NCBI RefSeq assembly: GCF_000737315.1
Contig: NZ_JMCB01000006.1
Coordinates: 20,001 to 268,000 of the forward strand
Reading direction: 5' to 3'
DNA from: Hyalangium minutum
GTDB lineage: Bacteria; Myxococcota; Myxococcia; Myxococcales; Myxococcaceae
DNA length: 248,000 bases
Shown: piece by piece, positions 233,882 through 244,122 of the stretch
Layout of the letters: each line of letters opens with the position of its first letter
How positions within the stretch are numbered: position 1 is the stretch's first letter
The notes under the pieces: generated by a model
What the model saw: the letters and a program-made list of their open reading frames with translations, nothing else
Databases searched by the model: none
Told to the model about the DNA's origin: nothing
Made by a program: the position numbers and the translations under genes

Positions 233882-234979
233882 TCAGCGCGACGCAGTGCGC
233901 GAGGCCAGCTCGCGCTCCACGAAGAGCCGGAGGATGTGCAGAAAGTCCTGCGCGTTGGTGACGACGCCGAAGGCCTGGTGCGTCCCGCGGTCCTTCAGCT
234001 TGCTCACCACGAATTCGGACGAGTCCACGCAAATGGTCGCCAGTTCTCTCAGCGAGCCGTCGGTCTCGGTGCAGAACGAGGGCAGCATGTTCCCCGTGGC
234101 AATCGCGTGCAGCGCCGTGGCGATCATCACCGCCATCGTCGCCTTCACCGTGTGGCGCCGCATCGCGTCCTGCGCCGCCAGGTTGTCCGTCACCACGTCC
234201 GGCAGCGGCCCGTCATCGCGAATCGAGCCCGTCAGCACGAACGGCACCCCGTGCACCACGCACGCGTGCATGATGCCGTCCTGGATGAGCCCTCGCTCCA
234301 CCGCCTTCGCGATGGAGCCCGCCCCGCGCACCTGGTTGATGGCGCGCATGTGCAGGCCGTGGCCGCCCGAGGTCGCCTCGCCCGCCCCGCTCATGCCCAG
234401 CGTGGTGCCGAAGATGGACGCTTCGATGTCATGCACCGCCACCGCATTGCCCGCCAGCAGCGCCTTCACGAACCCGTTGGCGACGAACCACGTCATGTCC
234501 GCCCGCGCCCGCGAGTGCACCAGCGCCGGCCCCGTCACCCACACCGGATAGCCCCCGCGCTCGCGCTCCTCCACCAGCAGCCGGGCCATGCGCGCGTAGT
234601 CGATGGGCTTCTCGCGCGACACCTCGCTCGTCATGAACTTGAACTCGCCCTCCGCGCCCCCCGCCAGCCACGAGGCGTGCACGTAGACGCCCTGGCTCCC
234701 GTCCTCCGCCTGCCCCATCGCCACCCGCTCGCCCTGGCGCACCCGCCGCCCCTCCCGCGTCCACAGCTCCCCGTTCGCGTCCAGCACCAGCGCGCAGTCC
234801 ATCCGAGGCTCGCGCGGCATGCGCCAGCGCCCTCCCACTCGCACGTAGGTGGGCAGGTTCGTCGTGGAGAAGAAGCCCTCGGGCAGGACACCATCGGCCG
234901 GCGCGGGCTCGAAGCGCGCGTCCGGGGCTCGCGCGAAGCGCTCGGCGCTGAAGTCAGGGTGCGGAATCGTCGTGCTCAC
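233882..234979 (-). CDS. TIGR00300 / LOR-SDH family protein
   Basis: FFSTTNLPT, GNAVAVHDIE, GSIRDDGPLP, HAIATGNM. Confidence 0.88.
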   Translation of the reverse strand: MSTTIPHPDFSAERFARAPDARFEPAPADGVLPEGFFSTTNLPTYVRVGGRWRMPREPRMDCALVLDANGELWTREGRRVRQGERVAMGQAEDGSQGVYVHASWLAGGAEGEFKFMTSEVSREKPIDYARMARLLVEERERGGYPVWVTGPALVHSRARADMTWFVANGFVKALLAGNAVAVHDIEASIFGTTLGMSGAGEATSGGHGLHMRAINQVRGAGSIAKAVERGLIQDGIMHACVVHGVPFVLTGSIRDDGPLPDVVTDNLAAQDAMRRHTVKATMAVMIATALHAIATGNMLPSFCTETDGSLRELATICVDSSEFVVSKLKDRGTHQAFGVVTNAQDFLHILRLFVERELASRTASR

Positions 234980-235151
234980 CCCGCCACCATGGACGGACGC
235001 CCCACCCGGTTCAAGCACACTGGCCAACCCCCGGGACTTCCAGGAGAAACTCCGCCTGGAAACTCCCGGGAAAATGGCCCCGCAACTTCCGCCCGCCGCT
235101 TGGGTTCATGAGGCCAGAGACGCTGCCGGCACCGCCGGCAAGAACCCAAGG

Positions 235152-235475
235152 ATGACAACCATGATGAAGACCTTCTCTCTGGCAGTGGCGGTGGTGGTGG
235201 GCGTGATGATGGCGGCTCCGGCCGAGGCGGCTCGCGCGGACCGGCGGCAGGTGAAGCAGCAGGCGCGCATCGTCCAGGGCGTGAACAGTGGCGAGCTGAC
235301 GAAGCGAGAGGCCGCGCGGCTCGAGGTGCAGCACCTGGCCGTGAAGCGCGAGGTCCACCAGGCCCGCGCCGATGACGGCCACATCGACGCCGCCGAGCGC
235401 GCGAAGATCGAGCGCCACCAGGACCGGCTCAACCGCCGCATCTACGTCCAGAAGCACGACGGCCAGTCGCGCTGA
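235152..235475 (+). CDS. Small secreted helical protein
   Basis: Signal peptide, RI.QGV.SGELT..E. Confidence 0.75.
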   Translation: MTTMMKTFSLAVAVVVGVMMAAPAEAARADRRQVKQQARIVQGVNSGELTKREAARLEVQHLAVKREVHQARADDGHIDAAERAKIERHQDRLNRRIYVQKHDGQSR

Positions 235476-235556
235476 GCCTGCCTCGCCGACTCTCCGACAC
235501 TCCCTGGCGGGGGAGCGAGCAACGGCCGGGACCGGACGCTACAATGGGTCCTGATC

Positions 235557-236348
235557 GTGGAACGCACCCGCCAGGCCCCTCCGGCCTCCTCCGACGAGAG
235601 CGAGGCTGTCTCCCTCCCCTCTGTCGAGGGAGAGGAGGCCGCCGTCTCCCGTGCCGAGCGCCCGAGGGTCTCCGTCCCGGAGGACCTGCCACCACTGGCC
235701 ACGCTGGTGGAGGAGGTTCGCGCTCCAGGCGCTGGCCGCGCCGAGGTCGACGCGCTGCTCGCGGGCCTCTCCCAGCCGCTGCCCCCCGAGCACTCCCCGC
235801 GTGAGCGCGCCGACCTGCTCCTGTCAGTCATCGGAGACGAGGTGATCGCCACCTATACGGGCTCGGACGGCGGCACGGTGCGCGGGGCCGCGATCCAGGC
235901 ATTGATCGCGCTCGGCTATCCCTATGCCCTGGAAGTCCCTCCCGAAGCGCTGGAGGCCTTCTCCCGCGAGAAGGGAGCCCTGGACAGCCTCTCCGCCGGC
236001 ACGAGCGGGTCCGGGTTCGGGCTCGTCATCCTGGCCGCCGTGGCGCAGGCCGCCTATGTGGGCTACGCGCTCCTGGCGGAAGGGCTCCCCACATTCACGG
236101 CGGGGGCCGCCCTCGCCATCATCTTCGCCACCACGCTGCTCCCCGCCCTCCTGGCCATGGGGGGGCAGCGAACGGGCTCCAGCGGCCTCAAGAAGGTGGG
236201 CACCGTCTGGCTGAAGATCGTCTCCTGCCTCTGGGCCGCCGTCGGCCTCCTGTCCCTGGGCAGCCTGGCGTTCGCCCTGATTCCCCTCATCCTGGCGGCC
236301 CTCATCTACTGCGGTGCCCGGTTCATGGACTCGCCGGACGAGCGCTGA
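235557..236348 (+). CDS. Membrane hypothetical protein
   Basis: LGYPYALEV motif, four C-terminal TM. Confidence 0.65.
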   Translation: MERTRQAPPASSDESEAVSLPSVEGEEAAVSRAERPRVSVPEDLPPLATLVEEVRAPGAGRAEVDALLAGLSQPLPPEHSPRERADLLLSVIGDEVIATYTGSDGGTVRGAAIQALIALGYPYALEVPPEALEAFSREKGALDSLSAGTSGSGFGLVILAAVAQAAYVGYALLAEGLPTFTAGAALAIIFATTLLPALLAMGGQRTGSSGLKKVGTVWLKIVSCLWAAVGLLSLGSLAFALIPLILAALIYCGARFMDSPDER

Positions 236349-236508
236349 CGCTCCCGGGACTCCATCCCACCCCCGTCTTTCCGGGCACTTCCACACCCGC
236401 ACCTCAATTCTCGGGAAATGTGGGGAAAAATAATCTGGATACGCAACTTGTGGGACTCAGGTTTCGAGAATCCTGGCAAATCTTCCAGCCGCTCTCGGAG
236501 CCCGCCCC

Positions 236509-237207
236509 ATGAACTACCGCATTCAGTCTGGCGACACCCTCTCTCGGATTGCTCGCAACTACGGCACCTCCGTCAGCGCGCTGATGAAGGCCAATCCGCA
236601 GATCCAGGACGCCAACAAGATTTACTCCGGGCGCTCGCTGAACATCCCCGGGTCGCGTGACGAGTTCATCCCCAGCAGCGGCCGTCCGGGCTCCGCGGGC
236701 CGTCCTTCCGCTCCCTCGCAGGCGGGTGGCGCCACGGGCCCCTCGGCTCCGTCGGAGGGCACGCGCGGCCCCGGTGGCAGCCCGTTCGACATCGCCCAGG
236801 CGAACCTGGGCAAGAACGCCGGCTCGCTGAAGATGGAGAAGAGCGGCGTGGGCGCGGACATGGAGGACTGGGTCCCGAACGACGTGAACTGCGCCAACTT
236901 CGTCTCCGCGTGCCTGGAGCAGGCCGGCCAGATCAAGGACAGCCAGCACAACAACTCGGTGTACGGCCTGCAGGGCAACCTGGACAAGGACCCGAACTTC
237001 AAGCGCGTCTCGCTGGCCGAGGCCAAGCCGGGCGACGTGGTGAGCATGAAGACGCCGGGCGGGCAGCATGTGGTGATGTTCGCGGGCATGAAGGATGGCA
237101 AGCCCCAGTTCATCGGTTCGAACAACGTGAACCCGGACGGCTCCCAGAAGATCACCATCTCGTCGATGAACTACCCCATCATGTCGATCCACCAGTATCG
237201 TGGCTGA
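236509..237207 (+). CDS. LysM plus NlpC/P60-CHAP-like amidase
   Basis: YRIQSGDTLS LysM; NCANFVSA, GDVV, HVVM. Confidence 0.85.
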   Translation: MNYRIQSGDTLSRIARNYGTSVSALMKANPQIQDANKIYSGRSLNIPGSRDEFIPSSGRPGSAGRPSAPSQAGGATGPSAPSEGTRGPGGSPFDIAQANLGKNAGSLKMEKSGVGADMEDWVPNDVNCANFVSACLEQAGQIKDSQHNNSVYGLQGNLDKDPNFKRVSLAEAKPGDVVSMKTPGGQHVVMFAGMKDGKPQFIGSNNVNPDGSQKITISSMNYPIMSIHQYRG

Positions 237208-237313
237208 GACAGTCTGAAATATCCGGTTGGAGCCTTCATCCCCCACTTCAGCCGTCCATCACGGGGCACCCGTCTCATCCCAGCGGGCGCCCCGTGTCAT
237301 TTGCGGGGTAGGG

Positions 237314-237718
237314 CTACTGGGGCGGGGCCCAGGACAGCCCGTAGAAGCCCAGCGTCGTGTCGAGCACCGAGCGCAGTTCGCCGATACTCCACGGGCGGGC
237401 CAGGGTGAAGTGGCTCACGGAGCCTCGCCGCAGGGAGGAGGCCTGCGCCCGCTCCAGCACACTCGAGAGCAGGATGCGGGGGCCCTCGTAGGCGTGGTCC
237501 ACCAGCCGGGCCAGGAACCACGGGGCGCCGAGCGCATCGCTCAAGTCCAGATCCACGATGATGGCCGCGATCGCAGGGCGCGCCGAGAGCTGACGCACGG
237601 CGGAGGCGAAAGTGGTGGCGTTGAGCAGCTCGAAATCCCGAGCCAGCTCGCGGGCCACGGCGTTACGCACTGCGGCGGCCTCCGCGACGATGAGGACCAC
237701 GGGCAGCAGGTCCGACAC
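237314..237718 (-). CDS. Degenerate receiver-domain protein
   Basis: VLIVAE, IIVDLDL, LARPW (Lys to Arg). Confidence 0.55.
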   Translation of the reverse strand: MSDLLPVVLIVAEAAAVRNAVARELARDFELLNATTFASAVRQLSARPAIAAIIVDLDLSDALGAPWFLARLVDHAYEGPRILLSSVLERAQASSLRRGSVSHFTLARPWSIGELRSVLDTTLGFYGLSWAPPQ

Positions 237719-237981
237719 GGGCCGTTCGAGAGGCGTGGCGTGCGGCGAGGGTGTGCCCTGGAGCCACGGCGCGGGCAGAGCCACACTGTCCTGCACGAGC
237801 GGCCGGCGGCGGAGCGTGGGGCGCTCCGTGCTCAGGGCGTGACGGACGGCGGCTTGGAGACCAGCACTGGAGAGGGGCAGTCTGGACACGCGAGCAGGGT
237901 ACGCCTCGGCTCTTGCGTGAATCAATCGCGCGAAGCGCTTGCGTACATGCCCCGCGGGACGAGGCCTTCGTGCGGTAACGC

Positions 237982-239202
237982 CTACTCGGCCACGAGTGTC
238001 AGCTCGGTGATCTCTGGCGCAGGGCCCAGGCGCAGCGGAGGCCCCCAGTAGCCGGTGCCCCGGCTCGTGTACACGCGAACGCCAGCGATGTGCGCGAGTC
238101 CCCGGATCACGGGCTGCTGGAGCTTCACGAAGAACATGAAGGGGAACAGCTGCCCGCCGTGGGTGTGTCCGGAGAGCTGCAGATCCACTCCCAGGTTCTT
238201 GGCCAGGAAGGCCGTGCGCGGCTGGTGGGCCAGGAGCACGCGCGGCACGCCCTCGGGAGCGCCCGCCAGCGCCAAGTCCGGACGGCACGCGTGGGCCGGA
238301 TCCATCCGCCCTCCCTCATGGTCCGTCACGCCTGCGACGACGAGCCGGGCCTCCGAGCGCTCCACCACACGGTGCTCGTTGTGCAGCACGGTGAGGCCCA
238401 GCCCGGAGACCTCGGCGGCCCAGGCGGCGCCTCCGTGGTAGTACTCGTGGTTGCCGGTGACGTAGTAGACGCCGAGCGGAGCGCGCAGCTCCGAGAGGGG
238501 CTTCACCTCCTCGCGCAGCGTGCGGACGCTGCCGTCCACCAGGTCTCCCGTCACCGCGATGATGTCCGGCTGCAAGGCGTTCACCTGCTCCACGACGCGC
238601 CGCAGGAAGTGCCGGTCGAGGGTGGGGCCGATGTGGATGTCGGAGATCTGCACCACGCGGACGCCGTGCAGCCCACTGCCGAGCTTCTTCACGGGGATCT
238701 TCAGCCGCTCGATGCGAGCCCGGCCGCGCGCAGTGAGGAAGGCGAAGGCGAGCGCTGGCAGCACCACGGCAAGGATGGCCACGGCCTTGCCCCGGGCGAG
238801 CGCCAGGGCCTCGGGCGCGGAGCCGAGCAGGTTCCAGAGGCCGACGACGAGGTCCGCCACGAGCACGGAGGGGAGAAGCAGGCCGAAGGTGCCCAGCCAC
238901 AGCATGGAGGTCCAGTACAGCACCTGATTGAGCAGGGTGGGCCGGCGGCGGGACGCGATGAACCCCAGCGGGATGGAGAAGAAGAGCAGCCACAGGGCGG
239001 TCCAGCCAATCGCCGTCCACGGCTGTCCGAGGTTCGGCTCCGACAGCAGCCGGAGCCCGATGTAGCCGTGGAGGGCGCCCACGAGGCTCACGGCGAAGAG
239101 CATCGCTACGAGGCCGCGGATGACGAGCCCGATGGGAATCTGGCTCAGCGGGACTCCGTCCTGCTGCGGCTCGTGCTCCATGCGCTGGGAGGCCTGCGAC
239201 AT
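237982..239202 (-). CDS. Membrane metallophosphoesterase (YkuE-like)
   Basis: SDIH, TGDLVDG, GNHE, SGHTHGGQ. Confidence 0.93.
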   Translation of the reverse strand: MSQASQRMEHEPQQDGVPLSQIPIGLVIRGLVAMLFAVSLVGALHGYIGLRLLSEPNLGQPWTAIGWTALWLLFFSIPLGFIASRRRPTLLNQVLYWTSMLWLGTFGLLLPSVLVADLVVGLWNLLGSAPEALALARGKAVAILAVVLPALAFAFLTARGRARIERLKIPVKKLGSGLHGVRVVQISDIHIGPTLDRHFLRRVVEQVNALQPDIIAVTGDLVDGSVRTLREEVKPLSELRAPLGVYYVTGNHEYYHGGAAWAAEVSGLGLTVLHNEHRVVERSEARLVVAGVTDHEGGRMDPAHACRPDLALAGAPEGVPRVLLAHQPRTAFLAKNLGVDLQLSGHTHGGQLFPFMFFVKLQQPVIRGLAHIAGVRVYTSRGTGYWGPPLRLGPAPEITELTLVAE

Positions 239203-239385
239203 CGTTCGTTCGCTCCCCCGCGGCACCGGCTCTGCCGCTGGACTCGGAGCCCCCAGCATAACGGGCGAGCACAGGCGCCGCCCGACATCCGGCAGCCTGC
239301 TTTGGGTTCAGGCTTGCTCTCTTACCCTTCGTTTCTCCTCTGGATTCTCGCGGTAGGCTCGGGTGTTTGCTAGGAGCACACTCGT

Positions 239386-240711
239386 ATGAGCCTGGACGTC
239401 CCATTCCTGCGCAGCTTCTTTCGAGCTGTCACCGATCGGCCCATCGAGTTCGATGATGGAGAGCCGTCTACCTACGTGCGGCTCTACGACTCGCCCGCGC
239501 TGGCACCACACGATCCAGTGGAGATGTTGGCTCGGCCCATCGAGTTCGCGCTCGGAAGCAGTGTCCAGCTCTTCTCTGGCTTCCGCGGCTCGGGCAAGAG
239601 CACGGAACTGCGCCGACTCCGCCAGCGGTTGCTCCAGCAGGGTTACAAGGTCGTCCTCTGCGACATTGAGGACTACCTCAACCTCTCGCAGAATGTGGAC
239701 GTGAGCGACTTCCTCATGGCCCTGGCTGGAGCCTTTGGGGAAGGCCTGCGTGCACAAGGCTACCTGAGCGGCGATCCTGCCGAGGAGAACTACTGGGACC
239801 GGCTGGTCGTCTTCCTCAAGGACACGGAGATCCGCATTCCCGAGGTAGGCGCGGGCGGACTGCTCAAGGCCTCGCTCAAGAGCGATCCTTCATTCCGTCA
239901 GAAGCTTCAGGAGCGCATGGCAGGGCACCTGGGCGCGCTCGTTGAGAGCATCCGCACTTTTTTCTCCTCCTGCATCCAGCGCATCAAGAAGAAGTTCGGC
240001 CAAGACACCGAGGTCGTCCTCCTCGTCGACTCGATGGAGCACATCCGAGGAACCTCCACCAACGCCGTGGGCGTGCAGGACTCGGTGATCAACCTTTTCA
240101 CAAGTCACAGCGACAAGCTCCAGTTCGCCGACCTGCATGTCGTCTACACCATCCCGCCCTACCTCAAGGTCCTGTACCAGAACCTCGGGACCCTCTACGC
240201 GCCGGGTGGTGTCTTCGTGCTTCCCACCCTCAAGATCCGCAACAAGGAGGGCTCCGAGGTCTTCCAGCCGGGTCTCGACCTCATGGAAAAGCTCATCTCC
240301 CGCCGGGGCGACTGGCGCAAGCTGCTGGGCGACAACCGCCAGACGCTCGATGAGATCAGCAAGCTCTCGGGTGGGCACCTGCGTGACTTTCTCCGTCTCT
240401 TCGCCGAGATCATCCGCCGTGCGGACAAGCTACCTGTACCGGATGCCACCCTCCAGGCTGCGATTTCCCAAGTCCGCTCCGAGTTCCTCCCTATTGCGGA
240501 CAAGGACGCGATCTGGCTGTCGAAGATTGCCGCCACCCACAGCGTCGCTTTGCCTGACAACAAGGACCTGCACGATCTGGCGCGTTACCTCGATACCCAT
240601 CTGGCGCTCTGCTACCGGAACGGTGACGAGTGGTATGACGTGCATCCTCTGGTGCGCGATGTGGTGCTGAATCAGGCGAAAGCCCTGACACCGGCTCCCG
240701 CCAAGCCGTAG
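239386..240711 (+). CDS. P-loop (STAND/AAA-like) ATPase
   Basis: GFRGSGKSTEL Walker A, LLVDSMEH Walker B, SGGHLRD, WYDVHP. Confidence 0.88.
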   Translation: MSLDVPFLRSFFRAVTDRPIEFDDGEPSTYVRLYDSPALAPHDPVEMLARPIEFALGSSVQLFSGFRGSGKSTELRRLRQRLLQQGYKVVLCDIEDYLNLSQNVDVSDFLMALAGAFGEGLRAQGYLSGDPAEENYWDRLVVFLKDTEIRIPEVGAGGLLKASLKSDPSFRQKLQERMAGHLGALVESIRTFFSSCIQRIKKKFGQDTEVVLLVDSMEHIRGTSTNAVGVQDSVINLFTSHSDKLQFADLHVVYTIPPYLKVLYQNLGTLYAPGGVFVLPTLKIRNKEGSEVFQPGLDLMEKLISRRGDWRKLLGDNRQTLDEISKLSGGHLRDFLRLFAEIIRRADKLPVPDATLQAAISQVRSEFLPIADKDAIWLSKIAATHSVALPDNKDLHDLARYLDTHLALCYRNGDEWYDVHPLVRDVVLNQAKALTPAPAKP

Positions 240712-240728
240712 CGAGGAGCGGAGGCAAG

Positions 240729-243700
240729 ATGAGCCCCCCGTTCGAGGACGACCTGGGTCCATCAGGCGAGTTGGAGTGGGCTCGGCTGAAGCGGCAGGTG
240801 GAACTGGCCGAGGGATTCTGGCTCGGTTTCATCTTCGCCCCGAGCGCAAGGGCCACGGCGGCACTACGTCAGAGAACGGAGCGGTTACTTCGGGGACGAA
240901 CGCGCTCGCTCAGCTACTTTGCCCCGGCAGGCTCAGACGAGTTGCCGACAGTGCTGGCTTCACTACTCTCCAAGCCCGAGCATGCATCGGCTGGCGCGTG
241001 CTGGATCGAGGCATTGCAGGAGGATCCAGGGGATGGGTCCGCTCAGCCATGGCACGACTCCTGGCTGGAGTTGGTATCACGCATGAACGAGCGCCGGGAT
241101 GCCATTCGGCGGCACCTCGGCGGCGGACTCATCCTGGTGTCGTCTCCACGGATGAAGCCGCTGTTTCGCGAAGCTGCCTCTGATCTATGGGCGATCAGGG
241201 CGCTGGTCATCGAGTTCCAGCCCGGAGAGCAGCTCGCTCATGAATCACATGAGCCCAGGCACTCACTTTGGGAGTCTCAAACGCCGCCCGAGTGGACACT
241301 GGCGACGAAGGACCTCGCTTACATCCTGGCAGAGACGGGGAGGCTTTTAGCCAAGCCACATGCACGTGAGACGCCCCAGGCGATCGATGTCCTAGTACGG
241401 AGAGCTGCTGCTTTGACCGCCGCAGGCGAGACGGGAGAGGCCCTACAAGACGCGCGGCAAGCCATGAACCTCTTGCGACGCCATCAAGGCCGTGTTTCCA
241501 CACAACAACAGGTGGCTGTGCTGGAAACGCTCGCGCGAGCCGAAAAGGCCCATGGAGACCTGGATGCCGCTGCAGATCATTTCAGCAGAGCTGCGAAGTT
241601 CCTGAAGCCAGCGAGCAACAGGCATCGACTTCTGTTGCTTGACGAAGTCGCGAGCATCTCGCGTGAGCGAGGAGATCTCAGCCTCGCGAGTGACACATAC
241701 ACCGAGGCCCTCGCCCTCAGCCGCCAGCTGCGCTCCTCCCTCGGCGATTCCCCCACTGCCTTGCGCGACCTCTCCGTCTCTCTCGAAAGGATGGGAGACG
241801 TGCGCCTCGACCTCGGCGACCTGAACGCTGCGGCTGCTGCCTACGAAGAATCCCTCGCCCTCAGACGCCAGCTGCGCTCCTCCCTCGGCGATTCCCCCAC
241901 TGCTTTGCGCGACCTCTCTGTCTCTCTCAATAAAGTGGGCGATGTGCGCCGCGACCTTAGCGACCTGAACGCTTCGGCCGCCGCCTACGAAGAATCCCTC
242001 GCCCTCAGACGCCAGTTGCGCTCCTCCCTCGGCGATTCCCCCACTGCCCTGCGCGACCTCTCCGTTTCTCTCACCAAGATGGGAGACGTGCGCCGCGACC
242101 TCGGCGACCTGAATGCTGCGGCCGCCGCTTACGAAGAATCCCTCGCCCTCTGCCGTCAACTGCGCTCCTCCCTCGGCGATTCCCCCGCTGCCCTGCGCGA
242201 CCTCTCCGTCTCTCTTACCAAGATGGGAGACGCTCGCCGCGACCTCGGCGACCTGAATGTTGCGGCCGCCGCCTACGAAGAATCCCTCGCCCTCAGTCGC
242301 CACCTGCGCTCCTCCCTCAGCGATTCCCCCACTGCTCTGCGCGATCTCTCCATCTCTCTCAATGGAGTGGGAGACGTGCGCCGCGACCTCGGCGACCTGA
242401 ACGCTGCGGCCGCCGCTTACGAAGAATCCCTCGCCCTCTGCCGCCAGCTGCGCTCCTCCCTCGGCGATTCCCCCACTGCCTTGCGCGACCTCTCCGTCTC
242501 TCTCACCAGGGTGGGAGACGTGCGCCGCGACCTCGGCGACCTGAATGCTGCGACCGCGGCCTACGAGGAATTCCTCGCCCTCTGCCGCCAGCTGCGCTCC
242601 TCCCTCGGCGATTCCCCCGCTGCCCTGCGCGACCTCTCCGTCTCTCTCGAAAAGGTGGGCGACGCGCGCCTCGACCTCGGCGACCTGAACGCTGCGGCTG
242701 CTGCCTACGAAGAATCCCTCGCCCTCAGACGCCAGCTGCGCTCCTCCCTCGGCGATTCCCCCACTGCTTTGCGCGACCTCTCTGTCTCTCTCAATAAAGT
242801 GGGCGATGTGCGCCGCGACCTTAGCGACCTGAACGCTTCGGCCGCCGCTTACGAAGAATCCCTCGCCCTCTGCCGCCAGCTGCGCTCCTCCCTCGGCGAT
242901 TCCCCCGCTGCCCTGCGCGACCTCTCCGTTTCTCTCACCAAGATGGGAGACGTGCGCCGCGACCTCGGCGACCTGAATGCTGCGGCCGCCGCTTACGAAG
243001 AATCCCTCGCCCTCTGCCGCCAACTGCGCTCCTCCCTCGGCGATTCCCCCACTGCCTTACGCAACCTCTCCGTCTCTCTCACCAAGATGGGAGACGTGCG
243101 CCGCGACCTCGGCGACCTGAACGCTGCGGCTGCTGCCTACGAAGAATCCCTCGCCCTCTGCCGCCAGTTGCGTTCCTCCCTTGGCGATTCCCCCACTGCC
243201 TTGCGCGACCTCTCTGTCTCTCTCAATAAAGTGGGCGATGTGCGCCGCGACCTTAGCGACTTGAACGCTGCGGCCGCCGCCCACGAAGAATCCCTCGCCC
243301 TCAGACGCCAGTTGCGCTCCTCCCTCGGCGATTCCCCCACTGCCTTGCGCGACCTCTCCGTTTCTCTCACCAAGATGGGAGACGTGCGCCGCGACCTCGG
243401 CGACCTGAATGCTGCGGCCGCCGCTTACGAAGAAGCCCTCGCCCTCTGCCGTCAACTGCGCTCCTCCCTCGGCGATTCCCTCGCTGTCCTGCGCGACCTC
243501 TCCGTCTCTCTTACCAAGATGGGAGACGCTCGCCGCGACCTCGGCGACCTGAATGTTGCGGCCGCCGCCTACGAAGAATCCCTCGCCCTCAGTCGCCACC
243601 TGCGCTCCTCCCTCAGCGATTCCCTCACCGCTCTGCGCGATCTCTCCATCTCTTTCAATAGAGTGGGAGACGTGCGCCGCGACCTTAGCGACCTGAACGC

Positions 243701-244043
243701 TGCGGCCGCCGCTTACGAGGAATCCCTCGCCCTCTGCCGTCAGCTGCGCTCTTCCTGCGGCAATTCTCCCACCGCTCTGCGCGACCTCTCTGTCTCTCTT
243801 AACAAGGTGGGCGACGTGCGCCTTGACCTCGGCGACCTGAGCGCTGCGACTGCGGCCTTCGAGGAATCCCTCGCCCTCTGCCGTCAGCTGCGGTCCATCA
243901 TGGGCGACACTCCGGATATGCGCCACCTGCTTATCTACGTCCTCACCCAGCTAAGTGACACGCGGCAATCGATGGGAGAGGGGGAGGCCAGTCAGGCTGC
244001 TCTCCGCGAGGCCTCCTCGCTCAGGGCGTCTTCCGAGCAGTAA
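240729..244043 (+). CDS. Inactive NTPase-like N-domain plus TPR superstructure repeat protein
   Basis: MNERRD..AASDLW N-domain; fifteen 48-aa RDLSVSL repeats. Confidence 0.88.
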   Translation: MSPPFEDDLGPSGELEWARLKRQVELAEGFWLGFIFAPSARATAALRQRTERLLRGRTRSLSYFAPAGSDELPTVLASLLSKPEHASAGACWIEALQEDPGDGSAQPWHDSWLELVSRMNERRDAIRRHLGGGLILVSSPRMKPLFREAASDLWAIRALVIEFQPGEQLAHESHEPRHSLWESQTPPEWTLATKDLAYILAETGRLLAKPHARETPQAIDVLVRRAAALTAAGETGEALQDARQAMNLLRRHQGRVSTQQQVAVLETLARAEKAHGDLDAAADHFSRAAKFLKPASNRHRLLLLDEVASISRERGDLSLASDTYTEALALSRQLRSSLGDSPTALRDLSVSLERMGDVRLDLGDLNAAAAAYEESLALRRQLRSSLGDSPTALRDLSVSLNKVGDVRRDLSDLNASAAAYEESLALRRQLRSSLGDSPTALRDLSVSLTKMGDVRRDLGDLNAAAAAYEESLALCRQLRSSLGDSPAALRDLSVSLTKMGDARRDLGDLNVAAAAYEESLALSRHLRSSLSDSPTALRDLSISLNGVGDVRRDLGDLNAAAAAYEESLALCRQLRSSLGDSPTALRDLSVSLTRVGDVRRDLGDLNAATAAYEEFLALCRQLRSSLGDSPAALRDLSVSLEKVGDARLDLGDLNAAAAAYEESLALRRQLRSSLGDSPTALRDLSVSLNKVGDVRRDLSDLNASAAAYEESLALCRQLRSSLGDSPAALRDLSVSLTKMGDVRRDLGDLNAAAAAYEESLALCRQLRSSLGDSPTALRNLSVSLTKMGDVRRDLGDLNAAAAAYEESLALCRQLRSSLGDSPTALRDLSVSLNKVGDVRRDLSDLNAAAAAHEESLALRRQLRSSLGDSPTALRDLSVSLTKMGDVRRDLGDLNAAAAAYEEALALCRQLRSSLGDSLAVLRDLSVSLTKMGDARRDLGDLNVAAAAYEESLALSRHLRSSLSDSLTALRDLSISFNRVGDVRRDLSDLNAAAAAYEESLALCRQLRSSCGNSPTALRDLSVSLNKVGDVRLDLGDLSAATAAFEESLALCRQLRSIMGDTPDMRHLLIYVLTQLSDTRQSMGEGEASQAALREASSLRASSEQ
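241710..243869. repeat. Fifteen near-identical 144-bp coding tandem repeats
   Basis: Period 144 measured between 241710 and 241854; repeats counted in translation. Confidence 0.93.
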
Positions 244044-244122
244044 TTCTCGCTCGCCCTGCCACTCGCTTGAGCAAAAATGTGGGGTAAATCGCTAGGGTCT
244101 CCTCAAATCGCCTTAACCCGCC

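Noticed and set aside
241710-243869. 144-bp repeats as a CRISPR-like or non-coding array
   Set aside because: No unique spacers; period is a multiple of three and in frame in a TPR protein
236411-244090. Shared aaatgtgggg.aaa motif near 236415 and 244075
   Set aside because: Only two copies, one between convergent genes; likely chance
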